Shown here: in pieces, positions 52,914 to 62,197 of the stretch | Layout: each line of letters starts with the position of its first letter | Numbering within the stretch: position 1 is the stretch's first letter | Assembly: GCA_963667845.2 (NCBI GenBank) | Contig: CAXXVL010000001.1 | Coordinates: forward strand, 416,001-480,000 | Reading direction: 5' to 3' | From: Smithellaceae bacterium | GTDB taxonomy: Bacteria > Desulfobacterota > Syntrophia > Syntrophales > Smithellaceae | Length of the DNA stretch: 64,000 nt | Notes under the pieces: model-generated | What the model saw: only the letters and a program-made list of their open reading frames with translations | Told to the model about the DNA's origin: nothing | Databases searched by the model: none | Program-made: the position numbers and the translations under genes

Positions 52914-53178
52914 CAATTCTGTGGGCATAACACTTCATTCGCACGACCGGCGCGAGAAATCTTTAGACATTTTTTATGGTTGGAATATCACGAATCGTTG
53001 CCGTCAATTATCCGCACCAGATTACCAGGGCGCGGTGTTTGTTCTATGGATATCCTGCACAGTGACCAGGATCGGTATTTACAATTTGTGAAAAGCCTGA
53101 CCGGTCGTGTGCTGCAGCGGAAGAAACACGGACCTGAAAAACTAGAAAACTGAAATAAGAGTTATGTCCCCGGAATTG
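52914..53178 (+). mobile_element. internally deleted REP-associated tyrosine (Y1/HUH) transposase element with inverted ends
   Basis: Ends CAATTCTGTGGGCATAAC and reverse-complement CAATTCCGGGGACATAAC. From ATG 52976, 'MVGISRIVAVNYPHQIT' (RAYT-like N-terminus) is frameshifted onto 'SDQDRYLQF..SLTGRVLQRKKHGP' (RAYT-like C-terminus). Confidence 0.7.
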
Positions 53179-53255
53179 CCTTCTCCGTGTGTTGATCCGC
53201 CGTTCATATCTTCCGCGGCCCGACTGTATCAAGAAAAGTTGATCGGCACTGCGCG

Positions 53256-53708
53256 TTATTTTGAGGCGTCCGCGAACAGAGATCCGCACGTCCGGCACTT
53301 GCGGGCGCCCCGAAATAACAGGGTCCGGCATTGCGGGCAGGTCCATCTTTCTTCTTCCGAGGCAATAAACGCATCAGTGCCCAGGCTGCGCCACTCGGGA
53401 ACCGCGCGCAGAATATTCTTTTTGCCCTCGGGGACGGGAAAATTCTCGACCTTGTCGCAGGAAAATTGATCACACTGATGGCAGCCCTGAAATTGCTTTT
53501 CGAGAGCACAGCTCTTGATAGGGCAGGCGGAACAATACCAGTAAACCGTATCGGAGAGGCACCCCTTGCAGTTAATTTTATCCGGCGTTTCATTATAAAC
53601 TTTCGCGAATTTCTCCTTCAGCTGCTGATCGCCTGTCAGGGTTGCCTGATAGATGCCGCAGACGCCGCAATATAATCCGCATGGTGCAACTAATTCATTC
53701 TTGATCAT
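53256..53708 (-). CDS. DUF3795 Cys-rich protein
   Basis: 'APCGLYCGVC...CKGC...CSACPIKSC...CHQC...CPQC...CRTC'. Confidence 0.88.
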   Translation of the reverse strand: MIKNELVAPCGLYCGVCGIYQATLTGDQQLKEKFAKVYNETPDKINCKGCLSDTVYWYCSACPIKSCALEKQFQGCHQCDQFSCDKVENFPVPEGKKNILRAVPEWRSLGTDAFIASEEERWTCPQCRTLLFRGARKCRTCGSLFADASK

Positions 53709-53732
53709 GTCAACCTCCTGCCGTTAAGACAT

Positions 53733-54620
53733 TTATGACTGCGGGCATTCAAGCAAATGACGATAATGCTCGCTCTTTATTAATTCTTTCAGCCAGGAAA
53801 CCATGTCCGGTCCCTTGAGAAACGGTTGTCCCCGAAAAAGAGATATAAACTCTTCGTAGGAATCTTCCACCTGCCTGATCGAGCCGCCAAGCAGGCTGTG
53901 AATGGTCCCCAGCGAATTCTGCTCGGCGATAAGCCGGCCCTGGTTGATGATGCCGGCCCTGATCAAATGCGTTGTCTGGCTGGCGCAGGTACAGGGGTTG
54001 CGATCATTGAGCAGGCTGCAATTCTTCGCGAAGTATTGATAAACTTTTCGCCGGGACCGCAGGTACGATTGCCGAAAGTTCGCCCGCGACATCTCGCAGA
54101 TCTCGGCGCCGGTTTTATCCGTGACATCAAAAATGCCGGCCAGCGTAAAGACAATTCTTTCCCGGCGGCTGAGGCAAAGAAGCACGCACAGGATACACTG
54201 GGACTTCGTTTCTTCTCTCAGACGTTCGCTATCCGCCCGTGCGTGTTTTTGATGATCGGGCTGGTTGTTAAGTAATATCGTGTCACCACTGTTTTCCATC
54301 ATCCGGGCGAAAAAAATTTCTTTTTTGTTTTCCTTCATATTCACAACGTGATTCGCGACAATACGATACAGCCAGGTCCGGAAAGCCGCTTTTTGCGGGT
54401 CATAGGTCGATAATTTTGTAATGACTTTTATCAGAACTTCCTGTGTGACATCTTCGGCAAGATGAATGTCGCCGGTCATCGTGAGCGCGATGTTGAAGAT
54501 CCAGGACTGGTGACGAAGAATCAGGGCTTCCAGGGCGCCGGGGTCGCCCTTCAAGGACTGCTCGATACAGTCGGCATCGCAGCGATCTTCGCTGTTTTTT
54601 TCCCCAAATGGATTGTGCAT
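53733..54620 (-). CDS. ECF RNA polymerase sigma factor with Cys-containing C-terminal extension
   Basis: 'AEDVTQEV', 'FRTWLYRIVAN', region 4, extension 'CSLLNDRNPCTC'. Confidence 0.9.
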   Translation of the reverse strand: MHNPFGEKNSEDRCDADCIEQSLKGDPGALEALILRHQSWIFNIALTMTGDIHLAEDVTQEVLIKVITKLSTYDPQKAAFRTWLYRIVANHVVNMKENKKEIFFARMMENSGDTILLNNQPDHQKHARADSERLREETKSQCILCVLLCLSRRERIVFTLAGIFDVTDKTGAEICEMSRANFRQSYLRSRRKVYQYFAKNCSLLNDRNPCTCASQTTHLIRAGIINQGRLIAEQNSLGTIHSLLGGSIRQVEDSYEEFISLFRGQPFLKGPDMVSWLKELIKSEHYRHLLECPQS

Positions 54621-54803
54621 CTTTCCCTCGTCACGAATAAGTGTTTACTGTTCTATAAACCTTATACCGGAAAGGAGAACTAGTGTGACAAAAAAATTTT
54701 GATTAAGCGCCGGGATTCGTGTGATTAAATAAAAGGAAATTGTCTCAGATTCGTTCAAATTAATCGCTTAACTATATTATCTGCCCCCCGTATTAAAAAA
54801 ATC

Positions 54804-54852
54804 TTGACAAAATAGCAGCATTCAATTAAATACTACCAAAACGATAGACATA
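54804..54852 (+). promoter_or_regulatory. promoter and possible Rrf2 operator
   Basis: TTGACA at 54804, AT-rich -10 region, imperfect palindrome CTACCAAAACGATAG. Confidence 0.4.
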
Positions 54853-54873
54853 CTAGGCTTGTAAAGCAGAAAT

Positions 54874-55314
54874 ATGAAATTATCAACAAGATCAAGATAT
54901 GGCATGCGGATGATGACGGATCTGGCCGACCATTACGGCGAGAATCCGGTCTTTCTGAAAGATGTCGCCAAAAGAGAGGATATTTCAGAAAAATATTTAA
55001 GCCTGATTGTCATTCCTCTGCGCGGCGCCGGTCTGATCCAGTCGATCCGGGGCGCCCACGGCGGATATCGCCTGACGCGCAAGCCGGACGATATCACTGT
55101 GCGGGATGTCTGGCAGGCGCTGGACGGCGAAATTTGCCTGGTGGATTGTGTGAAGGACACGAAAAGATGCGCGCGGATCAGTACTTGTCCCACGCGGGAT
55201 ATCTGGGGTATGCTGGGGCAAAAGATCAGCGAGACACTGAGATCGATAACGCTTAGCGACCTGGTGCGGATACGCCGTGAGAAGGCGGATAACAATATGA
55301 TGAGCAATATTTGA
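54874..55314 (+). CDS. Rrf2-family transcriptional regulator (IscR/CymR-like, Cys-containing)
   Basis: 'MKLSTRSRYG', 'ISEKYL', 'SIRGAHGGY', 'DC..DTKRC....TCPTR'. Confidence 0.92.
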   Translation: MKLSTRSRYGMRMMTDLADHYGENPVFLKDVAKREDISEKYLSLIVIPLRGAGLIQSIRGAHGGYRLTRKPDDITVRDVWQALDGEICLVDCVKDTKRCARISTCPTRDIWGMLGQKISETLRSITLSDLVRIRREKADNNMMSNI

Positions 55315-56409
55315 GTGAAAAAAATGGATCAATCCGGGAAGCCTTTAGGGAAAAAAGTTCTGGTGGCGATGAGCGGCGGCGTGGATTCATCGGTTGCGGC
55401 CCTGCTGCTGAAAGAAGCAGGTTACGATGTAACCGGTGTGACGATGTGTCTGGGCATCAGGCAGGAAGGCGATCGGACGAGTTGCTGCGGCGGCGACGCC
55501 ATCGAAGACGCGAAACGCGTCTGTGGTCAGCTGGAAGTTCCGCATTTTGTTTTTGACTTTGCAAAACTGATGGAAGAGCAAGTGATTCGCAAGTTCACTT
55601 CTGAATATGTAAAAGGAAGAACGCCGAATCCCTGCGTGGATTGCAACCGTTACCTCAAATTCGGGTCGCTGCTTGCGAAAGCCCGGGGCCTGGGTTTTGA
55701 TTATCTGGCCACCGGCCATTATGCCCGGATTGAGAAAAGGGGAGACGACTGGAGTCTTCTGCGTCCGGAAGACAAAAACAAGGACCAGACATATTTTCTT
55801 TATCCGATTAAGAAAGATGATTTGCAGAGGATTCTTTTTCCTCTCGGGAATCTCAACAAAGCGGATGTCCGCGCTCGCGCGAAAGAAGCCGGACTGCATG
55901 TGGCCGGGAAGTCGGAGAGTCAGGATATTTGCTTTGTGACGACGGGGAATTACCGGCAGTTCTTTGAAGAGAGAAATGTAACAGCCATGGCGGGCGATAT
56001 CGTCGATCAGGCAGGACGGATTTTAGGTCGGCATCAGGGTATCATCTATTATACGATCGGACAGCGCAGCGGTCTGGGAGTAAGCGCCAAGGCGCCCCTG
56101 TATGTTCTTCGTTTTGATTTCCGGGCCAATCAGGTTGTTGTCGGCTGCAAAGAGGATTTGTTGGCCGCGGGATTGATCGCCGGTGATCTGAATCTTCTGA
56201 CCGATCAATTTCCCGAAGAAGTGTCGGCCAAAATCCGCTACCGCAAAAAACCGGCGCGGGCAGCCTTGACAAAAGAGGACGGCAAACTAAAAGTAATCTT
56301 TAGCCAAGCGCAGGAATCCATTACGCCCGGGCAGGCGGTTGTTTTTTACGCGGATGATGAAGTGCTGGGCGGCGGCGTCATTGACGATGTTATTCGCGCC
56401 GTTGAGTGA
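55315..56409 (+). CDS. mnmA: tRNA 2-thiouridylase
   Basis: AMSGGVDSS, TPNPCVDCN, ATGHY, KDQTYFL, ESQDICF, TPGQ. Confidence 0.96.
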   Translation: MKKMDQSGKPLGKKVLVAMSGGVDSSVAALLLKEAGYDVTGVTMCLGIRQEGDRTSCCGGDAIEDAKRVCGQLEVPHFVFDFAKLMEEQVIRKFTSEYVKGRTPNPCVDCNRYLKFGSLLAKARGLGFDYLATGHYARIEKRGDDWSLLRPEDKNKDQTYFLYPIKKDDLQRILFPLGNLNKADVRARAKEAGLHVAGKSESQDICFVTTGNYRQFFEERNVTAMAGDIVDQAGRILGRHQGIIYYTIGQRSGLGVSAKAPLYVLRFDFRANQVVVGCKEDLLAAGLIAGDLNLLTDQFPEEVSAKIRYRKKPARAALTKEDGKLKVIFSQAQESITPGQAVVFYADDEVLGGGVIDDVIRAVE

Positions 56410-56713
56410 GAGCGGATATGGAAAATTTGCAGAATAAAAAATTGATAAATCAGCATGCCTTTCCGGTTTGCGGAAATCTAATAATCCACGGGAGAACTTC
56501 GTCGGAGATGGTTTCACATCATCTCCGCTGTTTGATGCCCTCGTGTCAATTTTCACACCCTATGAATCGTCCGTCGGTAAACCGTTTTTAAATAGCAAAC
56601 GGCCCCCGACTTACGGATTAAGATGACCATCATCGATGAACTTGAGTGGAGTTGATCGAAAATCAAAACATTACGAGCCGTGACAATTGTTTCATTGAGA
56701 AAGGAAGATGAAC

Positions 56714-58006
56714 ATGAGTAAAATTGATGAAAAACTAAAAATAGAAACACTGGTGCTGCACGGGGGACAGGAACCCGACCCGACAACGGGGTCCCGCGCG
56801 GTGCCGATTTATCAAACAACATCTTATCAGTTTAGGGACACCGACCATGCGGCAGCGCTTTTCGGGCTTACGGAATTCGGCAATATCTATACGCGGCTGA
56901 TGAATCCGACGACGGACGTTCTGGAAAAAAGAATCACTCTAATGGACGGCGGGATCGGAGCGCTCGCGGTGGCGAGCGGACAGTCCGCGATCACGCTGGC
57001 GCTCCTCAACATTGCCCGGGCCGGCGACGAAATTGTTTCGGCGGACAACCTCTACGGCGGAACCTATACGCTGTTCCACTATACGTTTCCCCGCCTGGGC
57101 ATCAAGGTGAATTTTGTCAAATCCAATGACTTGAAAGCGCTGGAAGCGGCGATCACGCCGCGGACCAAAGCGATTTATGCGGAATCCATCGGCAACCCTA
57201 AAATGGACGTGGCCGATCTCACAGGCATCGCCGCGATCGCCCGCAAAAACGGCATTCCTTTTGTGCTGGACAATACCGTATCACCTTACATCCTGCGCCC
57301 GTTTGATTTCGGCGTGGATATCATCGTGTACTCGGCAACGAAGTTTATCGGCGGCCACGGCACGTCGCTGGGCGGCGTGATTGTTGATTCGGGGAAGTTT
57401 GACTGGACCAACGGTAAATTCCCGATCATCGCCGATCCCGATCCGAGCTATCACGGCTTTAATTTTGTTGAGGCCTTAAAACCGGTGGGCAACCTGGCGT
57501 ATATTCTGAAGGCGCGCGTCACGCTTTTGCGCGACCTGGGTCCGGCGCTGTCTCCGTTTAACGCCTTTCTTTTTCTGCAGGGGCTGGAAACATTGCATCT
57601 GCGTATGCCGAGACACTGTGAAAACGCGCTGGCGGTGGCTCTTTATCTGGAGAAACATCCGAAAGTAAACTGGATCAACTATCCTGGACTGGCCGCAAGC
57701 CCCGAACACGACCGCGCCGTAAAATATTTGCCCAAGGGTGCGGGTGCGATTACGGGCTTCGGCGTGAAGGGCGGGATTGAAGCGGGCAAGAAATTTATCA
57801 ATTCGCTTGAGCTCGTTTCACATCTGGCCAATATCGGCGATGCGAAAACCCTGGCTATTCATCCGGCATCGACAACGCATCAGCAGCTGTCGCCGGAAGA
57901 ACAATTGGCCACGGGCGTCACGCCTGATTTTATCCGCCTGTCGATCGGGATCGAGCATATCGACGACATCCTGGCGGATATCGGGCAGGCTTTGGAGAAG
58001 ATTTAG
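56714..58006 (+). CDS. metY: O-acetylhomoserine aminocarboxypropyltransferase (sulfhydrylase)
   Basis: [47 protein letters not shown]. Alternative start at 56708. Confidence 0.93.
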   Translation: MSKIDEKLKIETLVLHGGQEPDPTTGSRAVPIYQTTSYQFRDTDHAAALFGLTEFGNIYTRLMNPTTDVLEKRITLMDGGIGALAVASGQSAITLALLNIARAGDEIVSADNLYGGTYTLFHYTFPRLGIKVNFVKSNDLKALEAAITPRTKAIYAESIGNPKMDVADLTGIAAIARKNGIPFVLDNTVSPYILRPFDFGVDIIVYSATKFIGGHGTSLGGVIVDSGKFDWTNGKFPIIADPDPSYHGFNFVEALKPVGNLAYILKARVTLLRDLGPALSPFNAFLFLQGLETLHLRMPRHCENALAVALYLEKHPKVNWINYPGLAASPEHDRAVKYLPKGAGAITGFGVKGGIEAGKKFINSLELVSHLANIGDAKTLAIHPASTTHQQLSPEEQLATGVTPDFIRLSIGIEHIDDILADIGQALEKI

Positions 58007-58031
58007 GTTCAAGGTTCAAGGTCCAAGGATC
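58004..58031. repeat. 7-bp tandem repeats between metY and cysK
   Basis: TAGGTTC AAGGTTC AAGGTCC AAGGATC. Confidence 0.85.
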
Positions 58032-58052
58032 AAGAAAAAAAGGAGACCAATC

Positions 58053-59012
58053 ATGAAAAGAATTTATGAAGATAATTCTCAGTCGATCGGCAACACGCCG
58101 CTGGTCAAACTCAATCACATCACGGCAGGCGCTAAGGCGAACATTTTAGCAAAGATCGAAGGCCGCAATCCCGCTTATTCCGTTAAGTGCCGGATCGGGG
58201 CGGCGATGATCTGGGATGCCGAGGAGAAGGGGCTGGTCAAACCCGGTGTGGAAATCATCGAACCGACCAGCGGCAACACCGGAATTGCTCTGGCCTATGT
58301 CGCGGCGGCACGCGGCTATAAACTGACACTGACCATGCCGGAGACGATGAGCATTGAACGCCGGAAAGTTCTGGCTGCCTTCGGCGCCACTCTCATCCTG
58401 ACCCCCGGGGCGGAAGGCATGAAAGGTGCGATCAATAAAGCGGAAGCCATTGCCGCATCCGATCCGCAGAAATATTTTCTGCCGCAGCAATTCAAGAACC
58501 CGGCGAACCCCGCCATTCATGAAAAGACAACCGGTCCCGAAATCTGGAGCGATACCGAGGGGGCCATCGATGTACTGGTTGCCGGAGTGGGCACCGGCGG
58601 AACGATTACCGGCATTTCCCGTTACATTAAAAATAAGATGGGGAAGAAAATTATTTCCGTGGCTGTGGAGCCGAAGGAAAGCCCGGTGATCAGCCAGAAG
58701 CTGGCGGGAGAGGATTTGAAGCCGGGGCCGCACAAGATTCAGGGAATCGGCGCGGGCTTCATTCCCGATACGCTGGATTTATCCGTCGTGGACCGCGTCG
58801 AGCAGGTGGACAGTATGGAAGCCGTGGAGTTTGCCCGGCGCCTGGCCCGGGAAGAAGGCATGCTGGTCGGCATTTCCTGCGGAGCGGCCGCCGCCGCGGC
58901 GGTACGGTTGGCAAAAAAGGCCGAGTTTGCGGGCAAGACCATTGTCGTCATTCTGCCGGACGCCGGAGAGCGTTATCTCTCAACGGTATTGTTTGAGGGC
59001 ATCGGTGTTTAA
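58053..59012 (+). CDS. cysK: cysteine synthase A
   Basis: [54 protein letters not shown]. Confidence 0.96.
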   Translation: MKRIYEDNSQSIGNTPLVKLNHITAGAKANILAKIEGRNPAYSVKCRIGAAMIWDAEEKGLVKPGVEIIEPTSGNTGIALAYVAAARGYKLTLTMPETMSIERRKVLAAFGATLILTPGAEGMKGAINKAEAIAASDPQKYFLPQQFKNPANPAIHEKTTGPEIWSDTEGAIDVLVAGVGTGGTITGISRYIKNKMGKKIISVAVEPKESPVISQKLAGEDLKPGPHKIQGIGAGFIPDTLDLSVVDRVEQVDSMEAVEFARRLAREEGMLVGISCGAAAAAAVRLAKKAEFAGKTIVVILPDAGERYLSTVLFEGIGV

Positions 59013-59088
59013 ACCGGATAACGGAGCCTGGGCAAATGTTTGAGGGATGGTTTGCGACCGGGAAAAATAACCGCGGGCGTTTGATCAG

Positions 59089-59907
59089 ATGACGGATGGA
59101 AAAACCATGGATGAAAGCGTATATGCGACTTTTGATGTCAAGGAAATCGTTTCCGTTGACGGCGCAGCCATCCGGTTGTGTGACTCAGAAAAAGCGGTTA
59201 TCGGCGAGATATCGCTGAAAATATACATCAACGGAACAGAATATGCGTCGCTTCTGTGCCTCAATCAACTGACCGAAGAACTGGCTCTGGGCTTTCTCTT
59301 CAGCGAAGGCGTCATCGACACCATCGCCGACATCGCCGCCATCTCTTATAACGAACGTCTCTTTGCCGTCATGATCACCCTGGCTGCCGGAAAGTCGGTC
59401 GAAAAATGCGAGAGTCTCCGCAGTGTAACGTCCGGCTGCGGCAAATGCTTTACCTATATCAATCCTCTCAAACATGAGAAGTTTCTGCCTGTCGCCAATC
59501 AGGATAGATTCCCGCTCCGTGATATCCTAAACGCCATGACCGAATTTGAGCGGCAATCCGAGATCTATCGGAGTGTGGGAGGTGTGCACAGCGTGCTTTT
59601 CCGGCATCGGGACTTTTCCGTTTTCAATGAGGATATCGGCCGGCATAATTGCTTTGACAAGATCGCCGGTGTTCTTTTGAAGAAGAATAAAATGACGCTG
59701 GTTCAAACGGGAATGCTGTTGGTCAGCGGGCGGGTTTCTTCGGAAATTATCACCAAAGTCATTCGTCTGGGCGCGCCGGTTCTTGTCTCGCGATCAACAC
59801 CCACCGCTGCCGCCGTTCATCTGGCCAGAGAATACAACGTCACGCTCCTGGGCTATGTGCGCGGTAAATCCGGTTTTGTCTATTCCGGGGAAGCCCGGTT
59901 GATGTGA
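59089..59907 (+). CDS. fdhD: formate dehydrogenase accessory sulfurtransferase
   Basis: ELALGFLFSEG, SGCGKC, GGVH, EDIGRHNCFDK, SGRVSSE. Confidence 0.93.
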   Translation: MTDGKTMDESVYATFDVKEIVSVDGAAIRLCDSEKAVIGEISLKIYINGTEYASLLCLNQLTEELALGFLFSEGVIDTIADIAAISYNERLFAVMITLAAGKSVEKCESLRSVTSGCGKCFTYINPLKHEKFLPVANQDRFPLRDILNAMTEFERQSEIYRSVGGVHSVLFRHRDFSVFNEDIGRHNCFDKIAGVLLKKNKMTLVQTGMLLVSGRVSSEIITKVIRLGAPVLVSRSTPTAAAVHLAREYNVTLLGYVRGKSGFVYSGEARLM

Positions 59908-60120
59908 AACGGGCGGCATCCGGCTTGTCTCTCCCGTATCCGGGAACGATTGGATAAATTTGCGGATGATCTTTTTTTTTGCAGGACACTCTTCACCGCA
60001 TAAAAGCGTGCCGGGGCTAATTTATCGTGCGGATCTGAAACGATTCTCTTGTTTGGCGTTCCCTTGCCTTCTGCCGGATTCCTCAACACAAAAATAATCA
60101 TGTTAGCGTGTCAAAAATTC

Positions 60121-60176
60121 TTGACAAAATGCCAAATTAATGTGAACGCTCGTTCATAATTTGAATAAGCGTTCAA
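60121..60176 (+). promoter_or_regulatory. promoter with tandem TetR-type palindromic operators
   Basis: TTGACA at 60121; TGAACG-ct-CGTTCA (60143-60156) and TGAATA-ag-CGTTCA (60162-60175). Confidence 0.75.
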
Positions 60177-60199
60177 GCAGTCAGTCAGGGGTCCGGGAT

Positions 60200-60820
60200 A
60201 TGGATAAGAATCAGAGACGGGAGCAGGAGTTTAATACGCGCCGCAGCGCAATTCTTCTGGAGGCAGAAAAGAATTTTTCCGACAGAGGATTTCATAATGT
60301 GACCGTGGCGGAAATTGCCAATGCCTCCGGTTTTTCGACCGGCGCACTGTATCAGTTCTTCGAAAGCAAAGAGCACCTCTACGCGACGATGATCTTCGAA
60401 AAATTAGATGTGATGTATGAAGCAATCGAGCGGGAGGTGAAGGCGGCAAAAAATCTGCACGACAAGCTTTTGGCCCTGATCGAGACGCAGTTGCGGTTTG
60501 TTGAAGCCAACGCCGATTTCTGCCGGATATTTCTCCGTGGAGAAAATGAACTCTCGCCGCAAACGATGAATGACATTCATCAGCGGTTGCGCGACGATTA
60601 TTTTAGCCATTTATCTTTTATCGAAAATATACTAAAAGCCGGTATTAAAAATGGCACGTTAAGGAACCTTCCGCCGCGCGAAATCGCCGCAGCCATTTCG
60701 CATTTGATTCGTGCGGCTTCCATGGACTGGATGATCACCCAGTCCAAAGAGTCGTTGGTTTCCAAGAAAGAACTAATTCTGGACATTTTCTTTAACGGGG
60801 TGAAAAAACATGATCATTAA
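60200..60820 (+). CDS. TetR/AcrR family regulator
   Basis: 'F...GFHNVTVAEIA..SGFSTGALYQFFESKEHLY'. Confidence 0.93.
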   Translation: MDKNQRREQEFNTRRSAILLEAEKNFSDRGFHNVTVAEIANASGFSTGALYQFFESKEHLYATMIFEKLDVMYEAIEREVKAAKNLHDKLLALIETQLRFVEANADFCRIFLRGENELSPQTMNDIHQRLRDDYFSHLSFIENILKAGIKNGTLRNLPPREIAAAISHLIRAASMDWMITQSKESLVSKKELILDIFFNGVKKHDH

Positions 60821-62147
60821 TATCCGGAACCTGGTCATATCGGCGATAGCCCTCTTTCTTTGTCTTCCCCTGCCCGCCCGGGCCGCAGAGCCTCTGACGA
60901 TGGAAGAAAGCATCTCGATTGCCCTAAAAAACAGTCTGGTGATTAATATCGCCAAAGAAGGAACAAAAGGCGCCGAGGCCAGAAGGCGGGAGGCTTTAAC
61001 CGGGTTTCTGCCCAAATTGAGCACAACATACACTTATACGCGTCTCAACGACGAGCCGCACTTCTTTTTCCCCGGGTTTGGCACTCCTCCTGTGGGTGCG
61101 GGGAACATCGTGACGGGGACGATTGACAATTACAACTGGGTCGTTGAAGCCCGTCAGCCGCTTTTCGCCGGCGGTGGAATTCTGTTTAACTATCAGGCAA
61201 ACAGAATTGCCGAGAATGCCTCGCAGGTCGAGGAAACAGCGCGGTCTCAGGATGTGATCCAGGACGTCAAAATCGCCTATTTCAATATCCTGCGATCGCA
61301 GAGGCTCCGGGACACGGCCCGCCAGTCCTTGGAAATGCTTGCCGCCCATCGCGACTTTGCGGAAAATTTCTACCGCGTGGGTCTGATTCCCAAAAACGAT
61401 TTGCTGCAGGCGGAAGTGGAACTGGCCAACGGCAAGCAGGCGCTGATCAGGGCGCAAAATGCAATCGAGCTGGCGAAATCCCGTTTTAATACCGTTCTCA
61501 AGAGAGAATTGCTGTCGCCAACAGAGGTTATTGATATCCTCGATTATAAACCGCTTGATCAATCCTTTCAGGACTGTCTGGATATTGCGAGAAAGCAGCG
61601 GCCGGAACTGAAGATATCGGCGCTCAGGGCCGAGCAGGCCGGCCGCATGGTCCGCGTGGCGCAAAGTGAATACTTCCCCGCGCTCAATCTGGTAGGCCAG
61701 TACGCCCGCTTCGGCGATACGCCGTCGCTTTCCGGGACCGAATTTAAAGACAGGGAAACCTGGCAGATCATGGCGGTGGCCAGCTGGAATTTCTGGGAGT
61801 GGGGAAAGACGAAATATCGGGTGGATGCCGGAAGAGCTTTTGAAAATCAGGCCATCGACCAGACACGAGAGTTGAATGACCAGATCGCCCTGGAGATCAA
61901 AAATGCCTATCTGGTTTCGCAGGAAGCGGAAAGTCAGATCGCCGTTTCGCAAAAAGTGATCGATCAGGCCGAGGAAAATTTCCGGATTTCCGAGGCCCGT
62001 TACAAGGAAAGGGTGGCCCGCTCAACGGAAGTGATTGATGCTCAGACGCTTCTCACCCGGGCCAAATCCGAATATGCCAATGCCTTGGCCGACTACAATA
62101 TCGCTTTTGTCCGTCTGCAGAGAGCGATGGGCGTCATCAGCCGATAA
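60810..62147 (+). CDS. TolC-family outer membrane efflux protein
   Basis: Signal peptide; 'QPLFAGG', 'VKIAYFNIL', 'RPEL', 'AQSEYFP'. Confidence 0.92.
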   Translation: MIINIRNLVISAIALFLCLPLPARAAEPLTMEESISIALKNSLVINIAKEGTKGAEARRREALTGFLPKLSTTYTYTRLNDEPHFFFPGFGTPPVGAGNIVTGTIDNYNWVVEARQPLFAGGGILFNYQANRIAENASQVEETARSQDVIQDVKIAYFNILRSQRLRDTARQSLEMLAAHRDFAENFYRVGLIPKNDLLQAEVELANGKQALIRAQNAIELAKSRFNTVLKRELLSPTEVIDILDYKPLDQSFQDCLDIARKQRPELKISALRAEQAGRMVRVAQSEYFPALNLVGQYARFGDTPSLSGTEFKDRETWQIMAVASWNFWEWGKTKYRVDAGRAFENQAIDQTRELNDQIALEIKNAYLVSQEAESQIAVSQKVIDQAEENFRISEARYKERVARSTEVIDAQTLLTRAKSEYANALADYNIAFVRLQRAMGVISR

Positions 62148-62197
62148 TCGATGGGTCCTTGTTCAGAGGAAAGATTCAGGGGAAAGGATTTTTAGGA

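Noticed and set aside
56410..56710. SAM or T-box riboswitch upstream of metY
   Set aside because: Core SAM-I and T-box motifs were not found. There is only a small hairpin at 56503-56527.
57777..58052. 92-aa N-terminal extension of CysK in the ORF track
   Set aside because: It overlaps metY and the heptamer repeat. The AGGAG RBS supports ATG 58053.
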